Below, piece by piece: positions 19,262 through 28,519 of a stretch of 64,000 bases of DNA. The stretch spans positions 13,692-77,691 of the forward strand of contig JALOTL010000002.1 of assembly GCA_025457915.1 (NCBI GenBank), written 5' to 3'. Position 1 is the first letter of the stretch. Every line of letters begins with the position of its first letter. Made by a program: the position numbers and the translations under genes. This stretch comes from Spirochaetota bacterium (GTDB taxonomy: Bacteria > Spirochaetota > UBA4802 > UBA5550). The notes beneath the pieces are model-generated. The model did no database searches and was not told the origin of the DNA. It saw only the letters and a program-made list of their open reading frames with translations.

Positions 19262-21436
19262 TTACGGCATTTTTTCGAGCGGCGTGTATTTTTCGAGGAA
19301 GGTCTTTTTCCCGCTCGTAAAAGCGATAGTCAGCTTGATGTTGTCGCCCTCTCCCTCTATCCTTTCGATCCTTCCCGGCCCGTATTTCGGGTGCATCACC
19401 CTTTCCTTTACGCTGAACATCGACCCGGTGTCCCTGGGCGCGTCGCCGGACCTGCTCCCGTCCTGCCCTGAAAAACCGTTTCCGCTGAAGTCGTTCGATG
19501 CGTGGAACACGGACTCCATGATATTTTCCGGTATCTCCGATATGAACCTCGAAGGCTGCTTGTAGAAAACCCCGGCGTATGACCTCCTGATATCGGCGCT
19601 TACCAGGTAGACCCTCTCCATCGCCCTCGTTATCCCGACGTAGCAGAGCCTCCTCTCCTCCTCGATCCCCTCCTCGGTGTCCACCGACAGCCTGTGCGGG
19701 AAGGTGTCTTCCTCCATGCCGGTCAGGAATACCACCGGGAATTCCAGTCCCTTCGCGTTGTGGACGGTCATCAGGGTCACGCAGTTGTCCCTGTTCTCCG
19801 GATCGGTCTCCGGGTTCTCTTCCGTCGTAAGGAGGGATATGTCCTGTAAAAACTGTTCGAGGGTGGCGTCCCTGTTCGAGTTCTCGTAGTCGTACGCGCC
19901 GTTCACCAGCTCCTCCAGGTTCTCCAGCCTTGATTCGCTCTCGGTCGTGTTTTCGCCCTCGAGCATGGCCCTGTACCCGCTTTCGTTTATCACGTCGTTT
20001 ACGAACGCGGAGAGCTTGATTTCCGGTATTTTCCTCGATATCTCCATCGACCTGGAGATTACCTTTACGAACTCATCGATCCCCTTGGGCGGTTTGTCCA
20101 GGCTGCCTTCTGAAATCAGCAGCCATTCCGGCATGTTTTTTTCAGCGGCCGCGGCCCTTATCCTGTCAAGGGTTGTCCTGCCTATCCCCCTTGCCGGAAC
20201 GTTTATGATCCTGAGGAAAGAAACGATGTCCAGCGGGTTCGCTATGAATCGGAGATAGGCTATGATGTCCTTTATTTCCTTCCTGTCGTAGAACTTGAGC
20301 CCTCCGACGACCCTGTACGGTAAGTTTTCCTTCCGCAAATGGTCCTCGAAGACCCTCGACTGGGCGTTTGTCCTGTAGAACACGGAGAAGTCCCTGTTTT
20401 TGAAGCCGTCGCTCCGCTTCAGTCCGGTTATCGTGTTCACGACATATTCCGCCTCGCCGTATTCATTGTTGGCCCTGCACCATACCACGGGTTCGCCGTC
20501 GCCCTTTACCGACCTTAGCTCTTTCGGCTTCCTCTTCCCGTTGTTTTTTATCACCGAGGATGCGGCCGTCAGTATTGGTTCTGTGGACCTGTAATTTTCC
20601 TCGAGGGTTATCACACCGGCATCGGGATAATCGCGCTCGAAATCGAGTATGTTCTTTATATCGGCGCCGCGCCAGGAATATATGGACTGGTCGTCGTCGC
20701 CCACCACGCATATGTTCCTGCTTCTTTCCGCGAGGAGCTTTGCAATGAGGTACTGCGCGTGGTTCGTGTCCTGGTACTCGTCAATCATGAAATGCGACCA
20801 CATCCTCTGCATGGTCTCCCTGGCCCTGGAGTCCGTTTTCAGGAGCTGTACCGCCTTGATCAGAAGGTCGTTGAAGTCCAGCGCGTTGAGCGATGCCATC
20901 CTTGAATGGTATTCCCTGTATACCTCCGGGAAATTGAAGGAGAAATAATCAGGGAGGAGCCTGGCCGGGTCCCCGCCGTCTATGAGCTCCGCCCTGTCCT
21001 TGATTTCTGAAATTTTGGATGCGATCATCGACAGACTTATCTTTTTCGGGTCGAGCCTCATGGAGAGCAGCACCTCCTTGATGACGGTCTGCTGGTCGGT
21101 GTCGTCATAAATGGAAAAATACCTCGGTATGCCTATGCCCTGGCCGAAATTCCTCAACATGTAAACTGAAGCGGCGTGGAACGTCTTGATGAAAACGCTG
21201 TTCCCCTCCGGCCCTACAAGGTCGATCACCCGTTTTTTCATTTCTCCCGCGGCCTTGTTCGTAAAGGTCACCGCGAAGATGCTGAAGGGCGGCACTTTTT
21301 TTTCCCCGATAAGATAGGCCGTCCTGTACGTGATGACCCTCGTCTTTCCCGAGCCCGCGCCGGCGAAAACGAGGAGCGGCCCGTCCGTGGCGAGCACCGC
21401 TTTTTTCTGGTTTTCGTTTAATTTATTGAAATCCAT
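19262..21436 (-). CDS. pcrA: ATP-dependent DNA helicase PcrA/UvrD
   Basis: AGAGSGKT, DEYQD, VGDDDQSIYSWRGA, NYRS, TVHNAKGLEF, EERRLCYVGITRA; C-terminal Tudor (HPKYGPG). Start moved to MDFNKLN (21436). Confidence 0.95.
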   Translation of the reverse strand: MDFNKLNENQKKAVLATDGPLLVFAGAGSGKTRVITYRTAYLIGEKKVPPFSIFAVTFTNKAAGEMKKRVIDLVGPEGNSVFIKTFHAASVYMLRNFGQGIGIPRYFSIYDDTDQQTVIKEVLLSMRLDPKKISLSMIASKISEIKDRAELIDGGDPARLLPDYFSFNFPEVYREYHSRMASLNALDFNDLLIKAVQLLKTDSRARETMQRMWSHFMIDEYQDTNHAQYLIAKLLAERSRNICVVGDDDQSIYSWRGADIKNILDFERDYPDAGVITLEENYRSTEPILTAASSVIKNNGKRKPKELRSVKGDGEPVVWCRANNEYGEAEYVVNTITGLKRSDGFKNRDFSVFYRTNAQSRVFEDHLRKENLPYRVVGGLKFYDRKEIKDIIAYLRFIANPLDIVSFLRIINVPARGIGRTTLDRIRAAAAEKNMPEWLLISEGSLDKPPKGIDEFVKVISRSMEISRKIPEIKLSAFVNDVINESGYRAMLEGENTTESESRLENLEELVNGAYDYENSNRDATLEQFLQDISLLTTEENPETDPENRDNCVTLMTVHNAKGLEFPVVFLTGMEEDTFPHRLSVDTEEGIEEERRLCYVGITRAMERVYLVSADIRRSYAGVFYKQPSRFISEIPENIMESVFHASNDFSGNGFSGQDGSRSGDAPRDTGSMFSVKERVMHPKYGPGRIERIEGEGDNIKLTIAFTSGKKTFLEKYTPLEKMP

Positions 21437-21652
21437 TTTTAGTTCTCGATGAAAAAGTGTAGCTGAAAAGATCCATTTGGGCAAGATTCATTCATAGCGT
21501 CCCATATGGCAAACAAAAAAGTGCCGGGTAGACCAGAGCCTGCCATTAAAAACCCGACTCTACAGTTTTACCGGATTTTTTTTGGAAGTTCAAAACAGAT
21601 CGAAAAAAGGTTAAAACCGGGTGACAACAGATCAGGAATGATGCATTGACTC

Positions 21653-22222
21653 TCAGGGGCTGATCGTATGGATATTTTTCTCGCCCCTGTTCCTGAAATA
21701 AAGGAGCAGAAAAATTTGGAGCTTTCTGAATCCGTAAAGGATATAGCCGAGAACGATGTATTCACCTAGCCGCAGGAGGGCGATTTTGTAATTTTCCACG
21801 CGGTAAACAGGCTTCTGATTTCCATCGTAGCAGGTGAAATCCTGGATAAAATCCGTCCTTCCGGGGAGCGGATGGAGGGTCTGTACATTCCTCTCGAGGG
21901 AGGTGCTTTCGGGGCACATCAGGTTAACTGGCATGTTGTATACAAAGTTTCCGGTCTGGTCGATCGCTGCGCCCATCAGCGAATAAAAAATGATCGCACC
22001 GGCCAGGATGATGTTTTTTCTTTTGCCGACCGAGCGGGCGGCCGCGCCGAAAGCGAAGTAACCGATTACAAGAAAAATAATGCTGGCGAAGCCCTCTATG
22101 TGCGAGAAGGCCCAGATAAGTCCGATGAACCCCCCGATGACAAGCGCTATCCCCCCGAAACCGACCAGTACCCAGGACCAGGACGGCAGCTTTTCGGTAA
22201 TTTTAAAAAAAGTCTCCAGCAT
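21653..22222 (-). CDS. Hypothetical membrane protein
   Basis: About 4 TM helices with a Cys-pair loop; start moved to ATG 22222 because the longer ORF overlaps rimP. Confidence 0.6.
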   Translation of the reverse strand: MLETFFKITEKLPSWSWVLVGFGGIALVIGGFIGLIWAFSHIEGFASIIFLVIGYFAFGAAARSVGKRKNIILAGAIIFYSLMGAAIDQTGNFVYNMPVNLMCPESTSLERNVQTLHPLPGRTDFIQDFTCYDGNQKPVYRVENYKIALLRLGEYIVLGYILYGFRKLQIFLLLYFRNRGEKNIHTISP

Positions 22223-22397
22223 AATAGAGTATTTTTTTTTAATATCCCGCCTGTCAATGATAATTACCGGGTATACTGAATCCCTGAAAAAGTCGACGGG
22301 GATGCACTTGCCGGCCAATAAAAAAAGCTTGAAAAAAATACGCGTCTGTAACATATTGCCACTTGGTTCAAGGTTTGCAATTTTTATGTTTCTGCAT

Positions 22398-22428
22398 AAA
22401 AAGAGAGTGGTCACCCCACTCTCTTTTT
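22398..22428 (+). promoter_or_regulatory. rimP leader hairpin
   Basis: AAAAAGAGAGTGG-tcacc-CCACTCTCTTTTT just before rimP; resembles the GAGTGG/CCACTC rimP-leader stem. Confidence 0.7.
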
Positions 22429-22446
22429 GCCATATGGAGCGGCTAA

Positions 22447-22887
22447 TTGGTCTTGAAGGACAGGATAATGGGGGTGATTGAGGAGACCTCCAGGGATCTG
22501 GGCTACTGGATTTACGAGGCATCGGTCCTCGTCAGGGGTGAGGATTCGAGGATCGCGGTCAAGCTCGACAGCCTGGCCGGAATATCCCACAATGACTGCG
22601 AAAGGTTTAGCAGGGAACTGTCCGGGCGGCTTGACGATAAGGAACTGCTTCCGAATTACTCAGTAGAGGTTTCCTCGCCCGGATTTAACAGAAAATTGAA
22701 GGGTCTAGATGATTTCGTCAGGTTCAAGGGGGCCCCGGTCAAGGTGGTTTACAGCGAAGGTGACGTGAACAGGGTGTTCAAGGGGACGATCGAGGACGTC
22801 AGGGACGGCATCATTGACCTTCGGTCAGGTGAAGAGAGTCTGAGCCTGTCCATTGATATAATACAGAATTCAAATTTAGATTACTGA
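22447..22887 (+). CDS. rimP: Ribosome maturation factor RimP
   Basis: DCERFS, YSVEVSSPG..R.L; upstream of nusA. Confidence 0.92.
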   Translation: MVLKDRIMGVIEETSRDLGYWIYEASVLVRGEDSRIAVKLDSLAGISHNDCERFSRELSGRLDDKELLPNYSVEVSSPGFNRKLKGLDDFVRFKGAPVKVVYSEGDVNRVFKGTIEDVRDGIIDLRSGEESLSLSIDIIQNSNLDY

Positions 22888-22899
22888 AAGGTTGAGAAC

Positions 22900-24228
22900 A
22901 TGAGCAGCAATTTCTTTGAAGCTTTGCACCAGATCGCCACGGACAAGGGCATACCCAGGGAAGAAATCGAACAGATAGTCGAATCGGCCATGCTTTCCGC
23001 GTTCAAGAAGCAGTACGGGTCGATCGAAAACGTGAGGGTGAGCTTCGACAGGGACAACAACAATGTCAAGGTGATCTCAAAGAAAATGGTGGTGAAGACC
23101 GTCAGGAACAGGTCCGAGGAAATATCCCTGGGAGAGGCCCAGCAGATAAAGAAGGACGTAAGCCTGGGGGACGACATCACGGTCGAGGAAAACCCGCTTG
23201 AGTCCTTCGGAAGGATCGCGGCACAGACGGCCAAGCAGGTAATCATACAGAAAATAAAAGAGGCCGAGAAGAATATAATCTTCAACGAGTTCACCGGCAA
23301 GGAGGGGGAGCTCATAAACGGGTTCTGCCAGAGAAAGACAAGGGACGCAATATACGTCGACCTCGGAAGGACCGAGGGAATTCTCCCGGCCAGGGAGCAG
23401 TCGCCGCTCGAACACTACAAGACCGGCGACAGGATAAAGGCCCTGATACTGGCGGTTCAGAAAAATTCCAAGGGCCCGAGCGTCATCCTTTCCAGGACGC
23501 ACCCGAAGTTCATCGAGAAGCTTTTCGAGATGGAGATACCGGAGATCTACGACGGCGTCGTGATTATAGAGAACGTGGTCCGCGAACCGGGGATGAGGAC
23601 AAAGGTCGCGGTCACCAGCGAGAGGGACGACGTGGATTCCGTCGGCGCCTGCGTGGGCATGAAAGGGGTGAGGATACAGTCCATCGTCCGGGAGCTCGAG
23701 GGCGAGAAGATCGACGTTGTGGAATACGTGGACGAAATGAAGATCATGGCGGCGAACGCGCTCACGCCCGCCAAGGTCATCGAGATCGTCCTTAAGTCCG
23801 ACGGCGGCGTGATCGCGGTTGTGGACAACGACCAGAAGCACCTTGCCCTGGGCAAGGGCGGGCACAACGTGAGGCTGGCATCCAGGATATGCGGCTTCGA
23901 CATCGACATCAAGACCGAAGACCAGTACAGGGAATTCCTGAGCTCGAGCGATTCAAGGGCCATCGTGGAAAAGCTTTTCCGAAAGGACGACGACGAAACC
24001 CCGCTCGGCGAGCTGCCCGGCCTCGACCCGAGGACGATAAAGCTTCTCGAGACAGGCGGCATATTCTCGGTTGAAGACCTGGTCGAAAAGACCCATGAAG
24101 ACCTGATGAAGATAGAGGGTATAGGGGAAAAGACCGCGAGAAAAATAATGGATATCATAGCGGAAAGCGTGGACTTTGAGGAAGACGATTACGAGGAAGG
24201 ATCAGAGGAAGAGGGAGATGGGGAGTGA
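22900..24228 (+). CDS. nusA: Transcription factor NusA
   Basis: FGRIAAQTAKQ, S1 and KH domains (VGACVG..G.R), C-terminal HhH. Confidence 0.96.
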   Translation: MSSNFFEALHQIATDKGIPREEIEQIVESAMLSAFKKQYGSIENVRVSFDRDNNNVKVISKKMVVKTVRNRSEEISLGEAQQIKKDVSLGDDITVEENPLESFGRIAAQTAKQVIIQKIKEAEKNIIFNEFTGKEGELINGFCQRKTRDAIYVDLGRTEGILPAREQSPLEHYKTGDRIKALILAVQKNSKGPSVILSRTHPKFIEKLFEMEIPEIYDGVVIIENVVREPGMRTKVAVTSERDDVDSVGACVGMKGVRIQSIVRELEGEKIDVVEYVDEMKIMAANALTPAKVIEIVLKSDGGVIAVVDNDQKHLALGKGGHNVRLASRICGFDIDIKTEDQYREFLSSSDSRAIVEKLFRKDDDETPLGELPGLDPRTIKLLETGGIFSVEDLVEKTHEDLMKIEGIGEKTARKIMDIIAESVDFEEDDYEEGSEEEGDGE

Positions 24229-24272
24229 TCCGGCGTAAATGGGAAACACATTCTTTAATCAATAGGTGTTAA

Positions 24273-26624
24273 ATGAAGGCTATCGACATCGCAACCAGGA
24301 ATCATATCACTATCGAGGATATGATGGAAATATGCAAAAACCTCGAGATAAAATGCGAGAGCGGGGAAGCGGAGCTTGCGGAAAAGGACATCTTTCTTAT
24401 CGAAAAAAAGATAGAGGTGATAAAAATCAAACTCGCCCAGAAGGCGGAGGCTGATAAAAAAGGAAAAAAAATAAAGCTGAAGCGGAAGGTTCATCTATCC
24501 AAAGAGATCAAGGACATGCATACGGACTCAGATGCGGCCAAGCCAGTAAATCAGGAGTCCGCGGAGGCAAAGAAGGGGGTCCATGATAAGAAGGAGAGGC
24601 CGCTTAGGGATGCCCAGAAGGCCAGGACCGACCAGAGGCCCAGGCCGGCGCTTGCCGGCAGACCGGGCGACAGGCCGAAAAAACCCGAAACCCCGGTTTC
24701 CGGCGCCAAGCCCGATAAACCGGTAATTGAATCGGTGGACGCTTCAAAAAAGAAAAAGAAGGAAAAAGACAAGGAAAAGGACAAGAAAAAATATAAAAAG
24801 GAGATCGAGGAAAAGGAGATCCTTTTAAAGAAAAAACGCGCCGAGGACGAGAGGAAGAAAGAAACTTCCATCCCCAACGAGATAAACATCACCGAAAACA
24901 TATCCGTCGGCGATCTCTCGAGAAAATTGAACATAAAGGCTAACGAGGTCATAGCGAAGCTTATGAAGCTGGGGGTCATGGCGACCATAAACCAGGTTAT
25001 AGACGCTGAAACCGCCGAGATACTGTCTTCCGAATACGGGACGAAGGTGAAGGTCGTTTCCCTTTTCGACGAGACGGTCATCAAGCAGAAGGAGGAGGAC
25101 AGGGAGGAGGACTACATCTTCAGGCCGCCGGTCGTTACGATAATGGGACATGTCGACCACGGTAAAACCCGTCTCCTTGATACCATCAGAAAGACGAACG
25201 TCATAGACCAGGAATTCGGCGGAATCACGCAGCATATAGGCGCCTACCAGGTAAACGTAAGGGGGAAGACCATAACTTTCCTCGATACGCCGGGCCACGC
25301 GGCATTTACAACCATGAGGGCCAGGGGTGCGAAGATCACAGACATAGTCGTCCTCGTGGTGGCGGCGAATGACGGCGTGATGCCGCAGACCATAGAGGCA
25401 ATGAACCACGCGAAGGCCGCAGGCGTGCCCATTATTGTCGCGATCAACAAGATTGACCTGCCCGAGGCCAACGTCGCCAAGGTGAAGCAGGAGCTTGCAA
25501 ACTACGAGCTCATTCCGGAGGAATGGGGCGGCACCACCCTTTATGCCGAGATCAGCGCGAAGATGGGGACGAACATAGACGAGCTGCTGGAGCTGATAGT
25601 GATCCAGGCGGAGGTACTGGAGCTCAAGTCGAACCCGAAGATAATGGCGAAGGGTACGGTAATCGAGGCCAAGCTGGATCCGGGAAGGGGTTCGGTTTCC
25701 ACGATCCTCATACAGAACGGCACGCTTTCGGTCGGCGACCCGTTCGTCGTGGGCATTTATTCCGGGAAGGTAAGGGCCCTTTTCGACTATCAGAGCAAAT
25801 CGCTCCAGCAGGCGCCGCCGTCCACGCCGGTAGAGGTGATAGGAATATCAGGCGTCCCGGGGGCCGGCGATCCGTTCGAGGTCGTCGAATCGGAGAGGTT
25901 TGCAAAGCAGATATCCCAGAAGAGGCTCGAGTACAGGCGCGTTGAATTCGCCAAGAAGATAAAGAAGGTTACCCTGGAGTCCCTCAACGACATGATCAAG
26001 GAGGGAGCGATAAAAGAGCTCAGGATAATAGTCAAGGCGGACGTGGACGGTTCCGCCCAGGCCCTGCACGAGTCGCTTGAAAATCTGTCGACCGGCGAGG
26101 TCAGGGTCAAGGTAATCCATGTCGGAACGGGAGGAATAAACGAGTCGGACGTCATGCTTGCCTCGGCGTCGAACGCCATAATCATCGGTTATCACGTTAG
26201 GCCCACGGGCAGGGTGGCGGAGATAGCGGAAAAGGAATTCGTATCCATCAAGTTCTACAACATCATTTTCGAGGCCACGGACGATATCAAGGCGGCGATG
26301 CAGGGAATGCTTTCGCCTGAAATAAAAGAGGAGATCTCCGGTTCAGGGGAGATACGGCAGGTATTCAAAATTTCCAAGGTCGGGACAATTGCGGGGGCCG
26401 TGCTCCTGAGCGGAAAAGTGGACAGGCAGTGCAGGATGAGGCTCATAAGGGACGGGGTCGTGGTCTACGACGGAAAGCTGAAGTCCCTGAAGAGATTCAA
26501 GGACGACGTGTCGGAGGTCCAGGCCGGGCAGGAATTCGGTTTCAGTTTCGAGGATTACAACGACCTCAAGGAAACCGATATATTTGAATCATACAAACTG
26601 ATCGAAATCGCGAAGACCCTGTAA
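24273..26624 (+). CDS. infB: Translation initiation factor IF-2
   Basis: [28 protein letters not shown]. Confidence 0.97.
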   Translation: MKAIDIATRNHITIEDMMEICKNLEIKCESGEAELAEKDIFLIEKKIEVIKIKLAQKAEADKKGKKIKLKRKVHLSKEIKDMHTDSDAAKPVNQESAEAKKGVHDKKERPLRDAQKARTDQRPRPALAGRPGDRPKKPETPVSGAKPDKPVIESVDASKKKKKEKDKEKDKKKYKKEIEEKEILLKKKRAEDERKKETSIPNEINITENISVGDLSRKLNIKANEVIAKLMKLGVMATINQVIDAETAEILSSEYGTKVKVVSLFDETVIKQKEEDREEDYIFRPPVVTIMGHVDHGKTRLLDTIRKTNVIDQEFGGITQHIGAYQVNVRGKTITFLDTPGHAAFTTMRARGAKITDIVVLVVAANDGVMPQTIEAMNHAKAAGVPIIVAINKIDLPEANVAKVKQELANYELIPEEWGGTTLYAEISAKMGTNIDELLELIVIQAEVLELKSNPKIMAKGTVIEAKLDPGRGSVSTILIQNGTLSVGDPFVVGIYSGKVRALFDYQSKSLQQAPPSTPVEVIGISGVPGAGDPFEVVESERFAKQISQKRLEYRRVEFAKKIKKVTLESLNDMIKEGAIKELRIIVKADVDGSAQALHESLENLSTGEVRVKVIHVGTGGINESDVMLASASNAIIIGYHVRPTGRVAEIAEKEFVSIKFYNIIFEATDDIKAAMQGMLSPEIKEEISGSGEIRQVFKISKVGTIAGAVLLSGKVDRQCRMRLIRDGVVVYDGKLKSLKRFKDDVSEVQAGQEFGFSFEDYNDLKETDIFESYKLIEIAKTL

Positions 26625-26644
26625 GGCAGGTACGCTGGGAGAAA

Positions 26645-27034
26645 ATGGCCTACAGGAAGGAGAAAATTGAAGAGCTCATAAAGAGGATAGTCGCCGAGCT
26701 TCTGATAAAGGATATCAAGGACCCCAGGATCGGTTTCGCTTCCATTACCGGGGTCAAGCTGTCCGGCGATAAGACACTGGCCAGGATCGGCATTTCGGTT
26801 ATGGGCGACCCCAGGGACCTGCGGAAGACCATGGAGGGAATCAAATCGGCGCAGGGATATATCCAGCACAGGGTGGGGAAGGAATTGAGAATGAGGATCA
26901 TGCCGAGGATTGAATTTTTCATGGATTCATCCGTGGCCGACGCGGTCGAGATGGTTGATCTTCTAAACAGGCTGGAAAAGAGCGAGTGCCAGACCGAAGG
27001 AAATACGGACGACAAGAATGGCGGCGGGGATTAA
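26645..27034 (+). CDS. rbfA: Ribosome-binding factor A
   Basis: IKDPRIG..SITGV.LS.D, LR.R..P.I.F. Confidence 0.93.
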   Translation: MAYRKEKIEELIKRIVAELLIKDIKDPRIGFASITGVKLSGDKTLARIGISVMGDPRDLRKTMEGIKSAQGYIQHRVGKELRMRIMPRIEFFMDSSVADAVEMVDLLNRLEKSECQTEGNTDDKNGGGD

Positions 27035-27959
27035 AACGACCGCCTGCCTTGATAACGCCGTCATCCTGTTTGATAAACCGACGGGCATCACCTCAAACGA
27101 CGCCCTGAACAGCATCAAAAGGCTGACAGGGGTGAAGAAGATGGGTCATTCCGGGACCCTCGACAGGTTCGCATCAGGCCTGCTGGTCATATGTACCGGA
27201 TGTTATACCAGGCTCGCGAGATATTTCCTGGACGGCGACAAGAGTTATGAGGGCGTGATCAGGCTTGGAATATCGACCGATACGGACGATATCGATGGCA
27301 GGGTAATAGAGGAGAAAAGAGACGCGTTTGCGGATGAAGAAGACATCCTGAAGACGGCCGGCAGTTTCAGGGGCAATATCTTCCAGGTGCCGCCGGTTTA
27401 TTCGGCCCTGAAATTCAACGGGGTACGGGCATCCGACCTGGCCAGAAAAGGAAGGGAGGTAATCCCTGAAGGCAGGATGGTGAACATCTCCCTGTTCGAG
27501 GTTGCGGGAATCGACCGTAACGCAGGAACGGTTTCAATCAGGGTGACCTGTTCAAAGGGCACCTATATCAGGTCCATCGCAAGGGACATGGGCAGGATGC
27601 TGGGAACCGGGGGCTGCCTGGCGGGCCTCAGGAGAACCGGATCCGGATGCTTCAGTGTGGAGGATGCGGCTACCATGAGGGATTTGACCGGTTTACAGGA
27701 GGGGAATTCCCCGAAGAAAAAATTCATAATCGGTCCCGGCGAAGCGATGTCGCAGTACGGTTCAATTATCGTGAAACACTCCGCCAGGGAAAAGGTCCTG
27801 AACGGCGCGCGTTTCGAAAGGGAGGATGTAGCGGAAATAACAGGGGGCGGTGAAAAAATCCATGCCGTCCTGGACCAGGAAAAAAATCTAATTGCAATAG
27901 CGGAAGCGGATATTGAAAAATGGGAAATCAGCTATCAGTGCGTTTTCAACCAGCGCTGA
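27018..27959 (+). CDS. truB: tRNA pseudouridine(55) synthase
   Basis: DKP.G.TS, GHSGTLD, PPVYSA, CSKGTYIRS. Confidence 0.95.
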   Translation: MAAGIKTTACLDNAVILFDKPTGITSNDALNSIKRLTGVKKMGHSGTLDRFASGLLVICTGCYTRLARYFLDGDKSYEGVIRLGISTDTDDIDGRVIEEKRDAFADEEDILKTAGSFRGNIFQVPPVYSALKFNGVRASDLARKGREVIPEGRMVNISLFEVAGIDRNAGTVSIRVTCSKGTYIRSIARDMGRMLGTGGCLAGLRRTGSGCFSVEDAATMRDLTGLQEGNSPKKKFIIGPGEAMSQYGSIIVKHSAREKVLNGARFEREDVAEITGGGEKIHAVLDQEKNLIAIAEADIEKWEISYQCVFNQR

Positions 27960-28088
27960 TATACGGGAGTCGCATAATACAGCTGATTTTCAGAGGTGCC
28001 CATAAATAATTTGCGATGAATTGGACGGCCCCCGGGTTTCGGTGACGTCCATAAATTATAGAAAAACAAATTCAGGAGATTTTAAAAT

Positions 28089-28346
28089 ATGAACGAGAAG
28101 AAAGAGGTAATCGAAAAGTTCAAACTTCATTCCAGCGACACCGGATCTCCGGAGGTTCAGGTCGCAATTCTGACCGAGAGAATAAACCATCTTACCGAGC
28201 ATTTCAAAGTCCACAAGAAGGACTTCCATTCACGAAGGGGACTTTTAAAGATGGTCGGACAGAGAAGGAGGCTTCTTGATTATCTTAAGAAAAAAGATCT
28301 GGAGAGATACAGGGGCCTTATAACTTCCCTCGGATTGAGAAGGTAG
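28089..28346 (+). CDS. rpsO: 30S ribosomal protein S15
   Basis: [21 protein letters not shown]. Confidence 0.97.
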   Translation: MNEKKEVIEKFKLHSSDTGSPEVQVAILTERINHLTEHFKVHKKDFHSRRGLLKMVGQRRRLLDYLKKKDLERYRGLITSLGLRR

Positions 28347-28519
28347 TTGATAATAAAAACAGATCCGGAACGCCTGTCGCAGGCAGGATCATTGCCGCAC
28401 GGCGTTTTTTGAATTCTGTTTTTATGCCGGTCAGGACAGGTTTGCCCCCGTTGGCGGTTTTTGCTTGAGTGCATTCGATGTAACGACCGGGGTCATTTAT
28501 TAAAAAAAGGAGTTAAGTC

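Noticed and set aside
15785-19468. Diversity-generating retroelement TR/VR pair
   Set aside because: The mismatches are synonymous and not adenine-specific, and no reverse transcriptase is present.
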